Shown: positions 1 through 10,321 of the stretch, in pieces
Layout: each line of letters opens with the position of its first letter
How positions within the stretch are numbered: position 1 is the first letter of the stretch
From: a bacterium
GTDB taxonomy: Bacteria; Krumholzibacteriota; Krumholzibacteriia; LZORAL124-64-63
DNA: 64,000 nt
Direction of reading: 5' to 3'
Assembly: GCA_031441465.1 (NCBI GenBank)
Contig: JANOEP010000066.1
Coordinates: 32,001 to 96,000 of the forward strand
The notes under the pieces: generated by a model
The model's database searches: none
Seen by the model: the letters and a program-made list of their open reading frames with translations, nothing else
Told to the model about the DNA's origin: nothing
Made by a program: the position numbers and the translations under genes

Positions 1-222
1 GTCGGGGAGACGGTGGACCTTTTCCTCGAGCAGGTGAGCGACCTGCTTTCCCAGGGTCGCCATCTCGAGATCCGGGGCTTCGGCACCTTCAAGGTGAAGG
101 AGCGCAAGGAGCGCATGGCCCGCAACCCCCGGACGGGGGACGCCGTGCCTGTGCCGTCGCGCCGCGTGCCGGTGTTCAAGGTCTCGAAGATGCTCAAGGA
201 CAAGGTGGCCCACCACTCCTGA
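1..222 (+). CDS. HU/IHF family DNA-binding protein (5'-truncated by window edge)
   Basis: Frame open from base 1; [25 protein letters not shown] and [14 protein letters not shown] are typical HU/IHF signatures. Confidence 0.92.
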   Translation, partial: VGETVDLFLEQVSDLLSQGRHLEIRGFGTFKVKERKERMARNPRTGDAVPVPSRRVPVFKVSKMLKDKVAHHS

Positions 223-317
223 GACCTCGTGCGCCCGATGTGGCAGCCGAATGTTTGATCCGGCCTTCCCGCCCGACGCGGGGAGGCCGGTCGCCTGTCC
301 CGCCCCGGAGGTGCCCC

Positions 318-1352
318 ATGCTGGATCTGCGCAGCGATACCGTGACCCGGCCCGACGCGGGGATGCGCCGCGCGATCGCCGAGGCCGAGGTCGGGGACGA
401 CGTCTTCGGCGACGACCCGACCGTCAACCGCCTGCAGGAGCGCACCGCCGCGCTGCTGGGCAAGGAAGCCGCCATCTTCGTGCCCAGCGGCACCATGGCC
501 AACCAGATCGCGCTGCGCGTCCAGACCCGTCCCGGCGACCAGGTGGTCTGCGAGGCCGACTGCCACATCTACCGCTACGAGCAAGGAGGACCGGCGGCCC
601 TGTCGGGACTGCTGCTGGCCTGCGTGGCCGGCGATCGCGGCGCGCTGCCGTGGTCCGCCATCCTGCCGGTCCTGAATCCCGACGACGATCACGCCGCCCG
701 GCCGGCGCTGATCTGCCTCGAGAACACGCACAACCGGGCCGGCGGGCGCATCCTGCCCCAGGATCAGGTGGTCGAGGTCGGTCACGAGGCGCACGCCCGC
801 GGCCTGCGGCTGCACCTGGACGGAGCCCGGCTGTGGAACGTCCACGCCGCGACGGGAACCGCTCTGGCGGAACTGGCCGCGCCCGCCGACACCGTCAGCG
901 TCTGCTTCTCCAAGGGGCTCGGCGCACCGGTGGGCTCGGTCTTGGCCGGCGGCGCCGCGGTGATCCGCGAGGCCCGGCGCGCCCGCAAGCTCTACGGCGG
1001 CGGCATGCGGCAGGTGGGGATCCTGGCTGCGGCCTGTCTCCACGCCCTGGACCACAACCTGCCCCGACTCGTCCAGGACCACGAACACGCCCGTCTGCTG
1101 GTCGAAGGTCTGGACAACCCGGCCCTCAGGCTCGATCATCCGGTCGAGACGAACATCGTCATCCTGCGGGTCGCCGACGAGCGGCACTTGCTCGAACACC
1201 TGCGCGGGAGCGGCATCCTGGCCGTGCCGTTCGGACCCGGGCGCGTGCGCCTGGTGCCGAACCTCATGATCACCCGCGAAGGAATCCTGGCGGTGCAGGA
1301 CGCGCTGGACGCCTACCGCGCTCCCGCGCCCGCGGGCTCGGACCAGTCTTGA
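318..1352 (+). CDS. ltaE: Low-specificity L-threonine aldolase (PLP)
   Basis: [10 protein letters not shown] start, [54 protein letters not shown] before ATG 318. Confidence 0.9.
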   Translation: MLDLRSDTVTRPDAGMRRAIAEAEVGDDVFGDDPTVNRLQERTAALLGKEAAIFVPSGTMANQIALRVQTRPGDQVVCEADCHIYRYEQGGPAALSGLLLACVAGDRGALPWSAILPVLNPDDDHAARPALICLENTHNRAGGRILPQDQVVEVGHEAHARGLRLHLDGARLWNVHAATGTALAELAAPADTVSVCFSKGLGAPVGSVLAGGAAVIREARRARKLYGGGMRQVGILAAACLHALDHNLPRLVQDHEHARLLVEGLDNPALRLDHPVETNIVILRVADERHLLEHLRGSGILAVPFGPGRVRLVPNLMITREGILAVQDALDAYRAPAPAGSDQS

Positions 1353-1380
1353 GGGGAACCGACTCTTGAGGGGAACCGAC
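1347..1380 (+). repeat. Exact 17-bp tandem duplication TCTTGAGGGGAACCGAC x2
   Basis: Units 1347-1363 and 1364-1380; cover the ltaE stop and the nadE RBS. Confidence 0.95.
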
Positions 1381-2202
1381 ATGGCGGCTGCCTCGAACTG
1401 GGACTGGTTGATCCCCGCGGCGCACGTCGAGCGCGAGACCGTCGCGTTCCTGCGCGCCACCGTCGCGGCCTCCGGCGCGACGGGTGTCGTGATCGGCCTC
1501 TCGGGGGGGATCGATTCGGCCGTGAGCGCCGCGCTGGCGGTGCGGGCCCTGGGTCCCGGGGCCGTGCTCGGGGTCTACCTGCCGTACCGCACCAGCAACC
1601 CGGACTCGTTGACCGACGCGACCGCGGTGGCCGCCGGGCTGGGCATCCGCTCCGAACGGCGCGACATCACCGACCTCGCCGACGCCTACCTGCGCGACGT
1701 TCCACCCGGAGCCGGCCTGCGCCGCGGGAACGTGATGGCGCGCTGCCGTATGATCGTCCTCTACGATCTCTCGGCGCGCGACCGCACCCTGGTGCTCGGC
1801 ACCGGGAACCGCACCGAAACACTGCTGGGCTACGCCACCCTGCACGGGGACGCGGCCTTCGGGCTGAATCCCCTGGGCGATCTCTACAAGGCTGAAGTGC
1901 GCGCGCTGGCGCGCCACCTGGGCCTGCCGGCGCCGGTCATCGAGAAGGCGCCGAGCGCCGATCTGTGGGCCGGCCAGACCGACGAAGACGAACTGGGTTT
2001 CACCTACGAACAGGCCGACCGTCTGCTGCACCACATGGTGGACCAGGGGCTGGACGACGGGCGGCTCGCGGGCCTGGGCTTCGCGCCGGAGCTGGTCGCC
2101 ACGGTCCGCGCCCGTGTCCGCGCGCAGGCCTTCAAGTGGCTGCCGGTGCCGACGGCGGTCTTCGCGGGGCGCCCGCTGCCCGACATCGCGGGCGGCTTCT
2201 GA
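1381..2202 (+). CDS. nadE: NH3-dependent NAD+ synthetase
   Basis: GLSGGIDSAV, GNVMARCRM, GTGNRTE, KAPSADLWAGQTDEDELG motifs. Confidence 0.93.
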   Translation: MAAASNWDWLIPAAHVERETVAFLRATVAASGATGVVIGLSGGIDSAVSAALAVRALGPGAVLGVYLPYRTSNPDSLTDATAVAAGLGIRSERRDITDLADAYLRDVPPGAGLRRGNVMARCRMIVLYDLSARDRTLVLGTGNRTETLLGYATLHGDAAFGLNPLGDLYKAEVRALARHLGLPAPVIEKAPSADLWAGQTDEDELGFTYEQADRLLHHMVDQGLDDGRLAGLGFAPELVATVRARVRAQAFKWLPVPTAVFAGRPLPDIAGGF

Positions 2203-2203
2203 C

Positions 2204-2947
2204 GTGGAAACTCCGGAGCGCCCCGAAACGGTGCCGATCCCGGAACTCGCGGAGCCCGCGGGTTCCTGCCTGTTCGTGGCGACCCCGATCGGCAATCTGG
2301 GCGACGTGACGCTGCGCGCGCTCGGTGCGCTGCGCGACGCCGACCTTGTCTACGCCGAGGACACGCGGCGCACGCGGATCCTGCTGTCGCGTTACGGACT
2401 GCACGCCCGCATGGAACCCTATCACGATCACAACAAGGAGCGGCAGGCGCCGCGCGTGATCGAACGGGTGCGCCGCGGCGAGCGCGTGGTCGTGGTCAGC
2501 GACGCCGGCATGCCCGCGGTGGCCGATCCCGGCTACCTGATCGTCCAGGGTCTGCTCGAGGCCGGGTTGCCCTGGTCGGTGGCGCCCGGTCCGTCGAGCG
2601 TGCTGGCGGCGCTGGTGCTGTCGGGGTTCCCGACCGACCGGTTCCTGTTCACGGGCTACACGCCGCGCAAGCCAGGGAAGCTGCGGACCTACCTGGAGGA
2701 AGCGCTGGCGGAGCGCGGCACGGTGGTCATGCTCGAATCCTGCCACCGCATCCGCAAGACGCTCGCCGCGCTGGTCGAGGTGGCGCCCGACCGCGAGCTG
2801 GCGATCGCCCGCGAGATCACGAAGGTCCACGAGGAAACCCTGCGCGGCACGGCCGCCGAACTGCTGGAAGTCATGGAGGGCCCCCGCTTGAAGGGGGAGC
2901 TGGTGCTGCTGGCCCGCGGCCGGCCCGCCGGCGGAAGAGGAGTTTGA
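2204..2947 (+). CDS. rsmI: 16S rRNA (cytidine1402-2'-O)-methyltransferase
   Basis: VATPIGNLGDVTLRA, AEDTRRT, VSDAGMPAVADPG, REITKVHEE; start approximate (GTG 2204). Confidence 0.92.
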   Translation: METPERPETVPIPELAEPAGSCLFVATPIGNLGDVTLRALGALRDADLVYAEDTRRTRILLSRYGLHARMEPYHDHNKERQAPRVIERVRRGERVVVVSDAGMPAVADPGYLIVQGLLEAGLPWSVAPGPSSVLAALVLSGFPTDRFLFTGYTPRKPGKLRTYLEEALAERGTVVMLESCHRIRKTLAALVEVAPDRELAIAREITKVHEETLRGTAAELLEVMEGPRLKGELVLLARGRPAGGRGV

Positions 2948-2948
2948 G

Positions 2949-3776
2949 ATGGACAGGATCGGACTGAAAGAGGCGGCCCGCGACAAGGTCCGGCCCCTGG
3001 TGCTGGCCCTGGACCGGGCCGGGGTGTCGCCCGACGGGGTGTCGCTCGCCGGGCTGGGGATCAGCGTCTTCGCCGCCTGGATCACGGCCGCCGGGCAGCT
3101 GTTCCTCGGAGCTTTGGTCCTGATCGTGGGTTCGGTGTTCGACATGCTGGACGGCGACCTGGCGCGCCTGCAGGGGCGGGCCAGCCGACGCGGCGCCTTC
3201 CTCGACTCCAACTTCGACCGCCTGTCCGAGGCGGCGGTCTACGCGGGGCTGGCCTGGTTCTACATGGAAGCCCTGTCCTGGCCCGACTCCGGCGCCGTCC
3301 TGCTGGTGATCCTCGCCTTGACCGGTTCGCTGACCACCAGCTACGCGCGCGCCCGCGCCGAAGGCCTCGGCGTCGCCTGCACGGGCGGCTGGCTGCAGCG
3401 CCCCGAGCGCATGGTCCTGCTGATCCTCGGCATGCTCCTCGGCCGGCACGTGCTGAAGCTGGTGCTGGCGCTGCTGGCCGCCGCGACCCTGTTCACCACG
3501 CTGCAGCGGATCGCCACGGTCAGCCGTGATCTGGGCGACGAGCAGCGCGCGGGCCCGCGACGGCCGTCGCGCGAGAACCCGTCCCGATCGGCGCCGATCG
3601 CCGCCGCGTCCGCCGGTCGCGAAGAGACGGCGGCCGTCCGGCCCGACCTCGAGGCAGGGCAGGTGGGCACGGCGCCCCCGCCTGCCGTGTCCGGTCCCGA
3701 TCCGGACGGCGAGGTCCGCCTCGAAGACCCCGACGACGATGACGACCCCTACGCGGACCTGCACCGCCGTGGCTGA
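2949..3776 (+). CDS. CDP-alcohol phosphatidyltransferase with low-complexity acidic C-terminal tail
   Basis: DMLDGDLAR...GAFLDSNFDR signature; SYARARAEGLG. Confidence 0.88.
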   Translation: MDRIGLKEAARDKVRPLVLALDRAGVSPDGVSLAGLGISVFAAWITAAGQLFLGALVLIVGSVFDMLDGDLARLQGRASRRGAFLDSNFDRLSEAAVYAGLAWFYMEALSWPDSGAVLLVILALTGSLTTSYARARAEGLGVACTGGWLQRPERMVLLILGMLLGRHVLKLVLALLAAATLFTTLQRIATVSRDLGDEQRAGPRRPSRENPSRSAPIAAASAGREETAAVRPDLEAGQVGTAPPPAVSGPDPDGEVRLEDPDDDDDPYADLHRRG

Positions 3777-4419
3777 TCCGGCCCGCCGGGGCCTGCTGGT
3801 CACTTTCGAGGGGCCCGAGGGCAGCGGCAAGTCGACGCTCATCCGCAGCCTCGCCGCGCGCCTGGAGGCGCTCGGCGGTCCGGTGGTGATGACGCGCGAA
3901 CCGGGTGGCACGCCCGTCGGCGAACGCATCCGGGCCGTGCTGCTGGACCCGTCGCTGCCGGAGCTGTGCCCCGAGACCGAACTGCTGCTGATGGTGGCCA
4001 GCCGGGCCCAGCTGGTCCGCGAGGTCGTGTCGCCCGCCCTCGCCGCCGGCCGGATCGTGCTCTGCGATCGCTACGCCGACGCGTCGGTCGCCTACCAAGG
4101 CGCCGGCCGGGAACTGGGCCGGACGCGGGTCGACGCCCTGAACGACTTCGCGCTGGCGGGTGCGGCGCCCGACCTGACCCTGCTCTGCCTGCTGCCACCG
4201 GCCGCCGGCCGCCGGCGCCTCGGGGACCGCGATCCCGACCGGCTCGAGCGGGAATCGGGCGCCTTCCACGAGCGGGTTTACGCCGCTTACCTCGCCATGG
4301 CCGCGTCCGGCGACCCCCGTTTCCGCACGCTCGACGCGACCGCCCCGCCCGCCGGCCAGGTCGAGCAGGCCGTCGCCCATCTGCGCAGTCTGGAACACGA
4401 TTTGCTGACGGGGTTATAA
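3769..4419 (+). CDS. tmk: Thymidylate kinase
   Basis: TFEGPEGSGKST P-loop, TREPGGT, LCDRYADASVAYQG; GTG start overlapping upstream gene end. Confidence 0.93.
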   Translation: MADPARRGLLVTFEGPEGSGKSTLIRSLAARLEALGGPVVMTREPGGTPVGERIRAVLLDPSLPELCPETELLLMVASRAQLVREVVSPALAAGRIVLCDRYADASVAYQGAGRELGRTRVDALNDFALAGAAPDLTLLCLLPPAAGRRRLGDRDPDRLERESGAFHERVYAAYLAMAASGDPRFRTLDATAPPAGQVEQAVAHLRSLEHDLLTGL

Positions 4420-4487
4420 TCGCTTATGGATGTGCCCGAAATCCGGGGTGTCCCGTCGCCCGCCACCTGTGAGAAAGCCGGTCGAGC

Positions 4488-6215
4488 ATGATGGCCCTTG
4501 CGCGCAACTTCGCCGCCCTGCGGCGCCCCCTGCTGGTCCTGGTCGCTTTCGTCTCCTTGGCCGCCGTGGCCGCGCCCGTGGCGCCCGCCGCCGCCCAGGA
4601 CTCCACGCGCACCCAGGAGCGCCCCCGCGGCACCGACCGCCAGCGCTACATCGAGGCCCTGCAGACCCTGGGCAACGTCTACGAGCGCGTGTTCTACAAC
4701 TACGTCGACGACGTCGACGCCGACGCGCTGCTCGAAGCCGGCATCAACGGCATGATGGGCTACCTCGACGAGCACTCGCAGTACCTGCCCCCGAAGAACT
4801 ACGAGGATCTCATGATGTCCACCGAGGGGGAGTTCGGCGGGCTGGGCATCACCATCAACATCCGCGACCACTACCCGACCGTCGTCTCGCCGATCGAGGG
4901 CACGCCCGCCTTCCTGATGGGCATCCAGGGCGGCGACCGCATCGTCGAGATCGAGGGCGAGTCCACCTTCGACTTCGACAGCGACGACGCCGTGAAGCTG
5001 CTGCGCGGCGAGCCGGGCACCCAGGTGACCATCACCATCCAGCGCGAGGGCACGGCCGCCCCGTTCCCGCTGACCATCACGCGCGCCGTGATCGTGGTCG
5101 AGAGCGTGCCCTACGCCTTCATGATGGGGGACATCGGCTACATCCGCGTCCAGAGCTTCGCCCGCACCACCGCCGACGAGATCCGCAGCAAGATCACCGA
5201 GCTGCGCAGCCAGGGCGCGCGCGGTCTCGTGCTGGACCTGCGCTGGAACCCGGGCGGCCTGCTGGAGTCCGCCAACGGCGTCAGCGAGCTGTTCCTGGAC
5301 CACAACGAGCTGATCGTCTACACCAAGGGGCGCCTGCGCAACCAGAACCGCAGCTACTACGCCGAGGAGGACCGCCACGCCGCCGCGGGGCTGCCGACGA
5401 TCGTCATGATCAACGGCGCCTCGGCTTCGGCCAGCGAGATCGTGGCCGCCGCGGTGCAGGACCATGACGCCGCGCTGGTCGTCGGCAAGACCAGCTTCGG
5501 CAAGGGTTCGGTCCAGACCGTCTTCCCCCTGAGCGAGGACAGCGCCCTGAAGCTCACCACGGCCAAGTACTACACGCCCAGCGGCCGCTCCATCCACAAG
5601 GACCGCCACGAGGACGACAGCGACCTCGACCTGACGCTGGAGCCCGCCCGCGCCGGCCCGCCCGACGTCGAACTCGACCTGCCGCGCGCCGAGAAGGAGA
5701 AGTTCGCCACCGACAGCGGGCGCGTCGTCTACGGCGGCGGCGGCATCACGCCGGACATCGAGGTCGAGCAGCCCTTCCTGGCCGACTTCGAGGTCGCGCT
5801 GGAGCGCGACGGCGCCCTGTTCAGCTTCGCCACCTGGTGGGCCGCCTACCACGACGTGCCGCGCGACCTGAAGGTCGACGCCCCCATGTTCGCGGCCTTC
5901 AAGGAGCACCTGCGCAAGCGCGAGAAGATCGAGGAGTATCTGGGCGTCTACGACCTGAAGCTCGACGAAGAGCTGCTGGCCGCCAACCGCGCCTACATCG
6001 AGCAGGGGATCCGGCGCGAGCTGATGCGCCACAAGTTCGGCCAGCTGGCCGCCTACCAGGTGGCCATCGAAGACGACATCCAGCTGAAGGAAGTCCTGAA
6101 GCTCTTCGAGCGGGCCCGCAACCTCGACGACCTGCTGCGCATCGCCCGCGAGTGGGAGTCTTCCCAGGTCGCGGAGTCGGGCGAGAAGGACGCCGCCGCC
6201 CCCGTCGTCCGCTGA
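4488..6215 (+). CDS. Carboxyl-terminal processing protease, S41 family (PDZ + catalytic domain)
   Basis: Signal peptide; GEFGGLGI, LDLRWNPGGLL, SASASEIVAAA, TSFGKGSVQ, LTTAKYYTPSGRSI. Confidence 0.92.
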   Translation: MMALARNFAALRRPLLVLVAFVSLAAVAAPVAPAAAQDSTRTQERPRGTDRQRYIEALQTLGNVYERVFYNYVDDVDADALLEAGINGMMGYLDEHSQYLPPKNYEDLMMSTEGEFGGLGITINIRDHYPTVVSPIEGTPAFLMGIQGGDRIVEIEGESTFDFDSDDAVKLLRGEPGTQVTITIQREGTAAPFPLTITRAVIVVESVPYAFMMGDIGYIRVQSFARTTADEIRSKITELRSQGARGLVLDLRWNPGGLLESANGVSELFLDHNELIVYTKGRLRNQNRSYYAEEDRHAAAGLPTIVMINGASASASEIVAAAVQDHDAALVVGKTSFGKGSVQTVFPLSEDSALKLTTAKYYTPSGRSIHKDRHEDDSDLDLTLEPARAGPPDVELDLPRAEKEKFATDSGRVVYGGGGITPDIEVEQPFLADFEVALERDGALFSFATWWAAYHDVPRDLKVDAPMFAAFKEHLRKREKIEEYLGVYDLKLDEELLAANRAYIEQGIRRELMRHKFGQLAAYQVAIEDDIQLKEVLKLFERARNLDDLLRIAREWESSQVAESGEKDAAAPVVR

Positions 6216-6221
6216 CGGGGA

Positions 6222-7421
6222 TCAGATCCGCGCGAACGCCTGCTCGAGGTCCGCGATGATGTCCTCGGGATCCTCGAGCCCCACCGACAGGCGGACCATC
6301 GCCGGGTCGATGCCCACCTTCAGCAGCTCCGCCTCCGAGTAGGTGCTGTGGGTCATCGTGGCGGGATGCTCGATCAGGGTGTCCACGTCCCCGAGGCTCA
6401 CCGCGAGGGTGCACAGCTCCACGCTGTTCATGACCGTGCGGCCGGCGTCGCGGCCGCCCGCGACCAGGAAGCTGACCAGGCCGCCGAAGCCGGACTGCTG
6501 CCGCTTCGCCAGCTCGTGCTGGGGGTGCGAGGGCAGGCCCGGGTAGATCACGCGCGTCACCTTGGGGTGCTTCTCCAGCCACTTCGCCACCGTCATCGCG
6601 TTCTCGCCGTGTTGGCGGACGCGCACGGCGAGGGTCTTCAGGCCGCGGATCAACAGCCAGGCGTTGAACGGGCTGATGCAGCCGCCGATGTCGCGCAGGG
6701 TCTCGAAGCGCGCGCGGGTGATGAACTCGGCCGATCCCACCAGGATGCCGGCGATCGCGTCGCCGTGACCCCCGATGTACTTGGTCGCGCTGTGCAGCAC
6801 GATGTCGGCGCCCATTTCCAGCGGCCGCTGCAGCACCGGGGTGCAGAACGTGTTGTCCACCAGCAGCGGGATGCCGTGCCGGCGGGCGATCGCGACCACC
6901 GCGGGCAGGTCGGTCAGGACCAGGGTGGGGTTGGCGGGCGTCTCGACGTAGATCAGCTTCGTGGCCGGGGTGATCGCACGCTCGTAGTTGGCGGGGTCGG
7001 TGGCGTCGACTTCCGCGACCGTGATGCCGAGGCGAGGCAGCGTGTGGGTGAACAGCTGGTGGGTGCCGCCGTAGAGGGTGTCGCCCGAGACGATGTGGTC
7101 CCCGCTGCCGCACAGGGTCAGCACGGCGGTGGTGCAGGCGGCCATGCCGCTGGCCAGGGCCAGGGCGGCCTCGCCGCCCTCCAGCGCCGCCAGGCGGCAC
7201 TCCAGCGCCTCCTGCGTGGGGTTGCCCAGCCGCGTGTACAGGAAACCGTCGTTTTCCCCGGCGAAGATGGCGGCGCCGTGCTCGGCGCTGTCGAAGGCGA
7301 AGGTCGAGGTCTGGACGATCGGGACCGAGACCGGTCGGGCCGTGCGCCAGCGCCCGTCCGAGACGTGGCCGTGGCCGTGGATGCAGCGCGTCTGGAAGCC
7401 GTAGCTCTTCTTTTCGGACAT
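6222..7421 (-). CDS. Cys/Met metabolism PLP enzyme, methionine gamma-lyase-like
   Basis: YTRLGNPT, ASGMAA, ETPANPT, VDNTF, HSATKYIGGHGD, AVSLGDVDTLIEHPATMTH, RLSVGLED. Confidence 0.88.
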   Translation of the reverse strand: MSEKKSYGFQTRCIHGHGHVSDGRWRTARPVSVPIVQTSTFAFDSAEHGAAIFAGENDGFLYTRLGNPTQEALECRLAALEGGEAALALASGMAACTTAVLTLCGSGDHIVSGDTLYGGTHQLFTHTLPRLGITVAEVDATDPANYERAITPATKLIYVETPANPTLVLTDLPAVVAIARRHGIPLLVDNTFCTPVLQRPLEMGADIVLHSATKYIGGHGDAIAGILVGSAEFITRARFETLRDIGGCISPFNAWLLIRGLKTLAVRVRQHGENAMTVAKWLEKHPKVTRVIYPGLPSHPQHELAKRQQSGFGGLVSFLVAGGRDAGRTVMNSVELCTLAVSLGDVDTLIEHPATMTHSTYSEAELLKVGIDPAMVRLSVGLEDPEDIIADLEQAFARI

Positions 7422-7554
7422 GGTCCCCCCGCCTTCGGGGCGGACGGGTGGGATTGCGCTTGCAATCTCCCGCCGCCCTGGAACAATGGGCCGGCGGCGG
7501 CGTACGATCCCGCCGTCGACGTCGGCAACGTCCCGCAGAATACCAGGATTCAAG

Positions 7555-8520
7555 ATGCAAGCCACCACGATCGCTGTCAAACCCGTCGCTGCGGCCATCG
7601 CCGTGCAGGACTTGACGTTCGCCTACGCGGCGACGCCCGTCCTGCAGGGGGTCAGCTTCAGCCTGGAGAAGCGGGCCGTGGGCCTGCTCGGCCCCAACGG
7701 CTCCGGCAAGACCACGCTGCTGCGGGCCCTGCTCGGCCACCTGCCGCTGAAGCGGGGCGCCGTCTCGGTGATGGGCTGCGACATGGCGCACGACGCCCGC
7801 GGCGCGCGCCGCCGCCTCGGCTGGATGCCTGAGCGCGGCGGCATCCTGCCCGGCATGAGCGGCGTCGCCATGGTGGCGTACCTGGGCGAACTCGGCGGCA
7901 TGCCGCCGACCGACGCCCTGCAGCGCGCCCACGAGGTCCTGAACTACGTCGGTCTCGCCGACGAGCGCTACCGGGAGGCCGACACCTACAGCCAGGGCAT
8001 GCGGCAGCGGTTGAAGCTGGCCCAGGCGTTGGTCCACGACCCCGACTGGCTGCTGCTGGACGAGCCGACCAGCGGCCTGGACCCGCGCGGCCGCGTCAGC
8101 ATGCTCGAACTCATGCGCGACCTGGCCGCGAACAAGGGTTTCGGGATCATCCTCTCGACCCACCTGCTGGCCGACGTGCGCGAGGTCTGCCAGGAGATCC
8201 TGGTTCTGCGCCAGGGCCGGCTGCTGAGCCACGGCCGCGTCGAGGTGGCGCCGCCGGGAGCGACGGCGCAGTTCCTGGTCGAAGGCTTCGGCGACGAACC
8301 CGTCTTCCTCGCTGCGCTGGAGGCCGCCGGGCTCACGGCCACGCGCCGCGAGCGGCTCCTGGAAATCACCGCCCCGGCCGACGCCGGCGCCCGGCTGGTG
8401 CTCGCGGCCGCGTCGGCCAGCGGCTTCGCCCTGCGCCGGCTGCAGCCGCGCCGCGAGACACTCGAGGACCTGTTCTACCAGCTCGTCGACGACGCCGGCG
8501 ACGCGCGCAGCAAGGACTGA
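7555..8520 (+). CDS. ABC transporter ATP-binding protein
   Basis: Walker A GPNGSGKTT, YSQGMRQR, LLLDEPTSGLDP. Confidence 0.9.
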   Translation: MQATTIAVKPVAAAIAVQDLTFAYAATPVLQGVSFSLEKRAVGLLGPNGSGKTTLLRALLGHLPLKRGAVSVMGCDMAHDARGARRRLGWMPERGGILPGMSGVAMVAYLGELGGMPPTDALQRAHEVLNYVGLADERYREADTYSQGMRQRLKLAQALVHDPDWLLLDEPTSGLDPRGRVSMLELMRDLAANKGFGIILSTHLLADVREVCQEILVLRQGRLLSHGRVEVAPPGATAQFLVEGFGDEPVFLAALEAAGLTATRRERLLEITAPADAGARLVLAAASASGFALRRLQPRRETLEDLFYQLVDDAGDARSKD

Positions 8521-8521
8521 C

Positions 8522-9373
8522 ATGCCCGTCTACGAACGCGGATACCGTCACTGGGAGCACAGCGGCCACCGGGCGCGCGCGCCCTGGTGGGCGATCGCCC
8601 GGCGCGGCATCGCCGAGCCGCTGAAGAGCCGCCGCCTGCTGTTCCTGCTGGCGGTCGCCTGGGTGCCGGCCATCGTCAAGGGCGGCATCCTCTACTTCAC
8701 CTTCCAGATGGGAGAGCTGTCGCGCCTGATCGGCGGCAAGTGGACCGACATCGGGCCGCGCGGCTTCCTGACCTACCTGGGGTGGCAGTCGCCGTTCGTG
8801 CTGATCCTGCTGGCGATCGTCGGCTCGGGCCTGATCAGCCGCGACCGCCGCGAGAACGGCCTCGCCCTGTACCTGTCGCGACCGTTGGGCGTGCGCGACT
8901 ACGTCCTGGGCAAGGGCGCGGTGGTCATGTTCTACTACTTCGCCGTGACGCTGCTGCCCGTCTGGGCGCTGTGCCTGTTCGGCTACCTGGTCACCAGCGG
9001 CGCGACCGGGCTGCAGATGCTCCTGCTGATCCCCCTGCAGGCCCTGGCCTATTGCCTCGTGACCGGCGCCGGTTTCACGCTGGTGCTGCTGGCCCTGTCC
9101 TCGGTCGGACAGCGCACGGTCTTCGTCGCCCTGTGGTGGGTGCTGCTGTACGCCGGCACCGACGGTCTCGCCAAGATCATGTCGCTGTTCAGCCCCGCCC
9201 TGGAGATCCTGAACTTCCCCGGCCAGTTCCTGAACGCGGGCATCGTCTTCTTCGGCGGCGAACCGCTCTGCGAAGTGCCGCCGGCGGCGAGCCTGCTGGT
9301 CGTGGTGGCTTACGCGCTCCTGGGCGCCTGGGTGCTGCGGCGCCGGATCAAGCCCGTGGAGGTGGTGGCGTGA
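8522..9373 (+). CDS. ABC-2-type permease
   Basis: Several hydrophobic segments, LYLSRPL motif, lies between two ABC ATPases. Confidence 0.8.
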   Translation: MPVYERGYRHWEHSGHRARAPWWAIARRGIAEPLKSRRLLFLLAVAWVPAIVKGGILYFTFQMGELSRLIGGKWTDIGPRGFLTYLGWQSPFVLILLAIVGSGLISRDRRENGLALYLSRPLGVRDYVLGKGAVVMFYYFAVTLLPVWALCLFGYLVTSGATGLQMLLLIPLQALAYCLVTGAGFTLVLLALSSVGQRTVFVALWWVLLYAGTDGLAKIMSLFSPALEILNFPGQFLNAGIVFFGGEPLCEVPPAASLLVVVAYALLGAWVLRRRIKPVEVVA

Positions 9374-10320
9374 ACGTCGCACCCACGACCGTCGCCCCCG
9401 CCGCCGTCCTGCGGGCGGAGAGGGTCAGCAAGTGGTTCGGCGAGGTCATCGCCGTCAACGACTGCACCCTCGCGCTGGGCCCCGGCGTGACCGGACTGCT
9501 GGGCCTCAACGGCGCCGGCAAGACGACCCTGTTCAAGATGCTGTCGGGCCTGATCACACCCAGCCAGGGCGAGGTGCTGATCCGCGGGCACCGCCTGCGC
9601 CGCGACGTGGGCCTGTTCCGCCACGTGGGCTTCTGCCCGGAGAGCGACGCGCTGTTCGACTGGCTGACCGGGCGCGAGTTCCTGATGCTCATGGTCCGGC
9701 TGATGGGGTACGACGGGACGGAAGTGGCCGCACGCTCCGAGCGCGCCCTGGAACTCGTGCACCTCGGCGACGCCGCCGACCGGCGGATCGGCGCCTACTC
9801 CAAGGGCATGCGCCAGAAGATCAAGATGGCCCAGGCCCTGGCCCACGATCCCGAGATCGTCTTCCTGGACGAGCCGCTCAACGGGATGGACCCCGTGTCG
9901 CGACGGGAAATCGTCGCGCTGGTGCAGCGGCTGGGCGACGAGGGGCGCTGCGTGGTGGTGTCGAGCCACATCCTGCCCGAGATCGAGACCATGACCCGCT
10001 CCATCGTGTTGATCCACCGCGGCAAGCTGATGGCCGAGGGCGACATCACCGAGATCCGCGACGCGATCCACGACCGCCCCACCATCGTGGCGCTCACGTC
10101 GACCGAGCCGCGGCGGCTGGCCTCGTCGCTGGCCGGGCGCGACCTGGTGCGCGGGGTCGAGATCGACGAGTTCGGCCGCGTCGTGGCGCGGACCGACCAT
10201 GCCGTGAACTTCTACCGCGAGCTGCCGGGCTGGCTGCTGGCGGAGTCCCTGCCCGTCGACGAGATCGAAACCCTCGACGACAACCTGCAGGCGGTCTTCG
10301 ACTATCTGGTGGGAGGGTGA
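9370..10320 (+). CDS. ABC transporter ATP-binding protein
   Basis: GLNGAGKTT, YSKGMRQK, FLDEPLNGMDP; GTGA overlap with upstream stop. Confidence 0.9.
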   Translation: MNVAPTTVAPAAVLRAERVSKWFGEVIAVNDCTLALGPGVTGLLGLNGAGKTTLFKMLSGLITPSQGEVLIRGHRLRRDVGLFRHVGFCPESDALFDWLTGREFLMLMVRLMGYDGTEVAARSERALELVHLGDAADRRIGAYSKGMRQKIKMAQALAHDPEIVFLDEPLNGMDPVSRREIVALVQRLGDEGRCVVVSSHILPEIETMTRSIVLIHRGKLMAEGDITEIRDAIHDRPTIVALTSTEPRRLASSLAGRDLVRGVEIDEFGRVVARTDHAVNFYRELPGWLLAESLPVDEIETLDDNLQAVFDYLVGG

Positions 10321-10321
10321 G

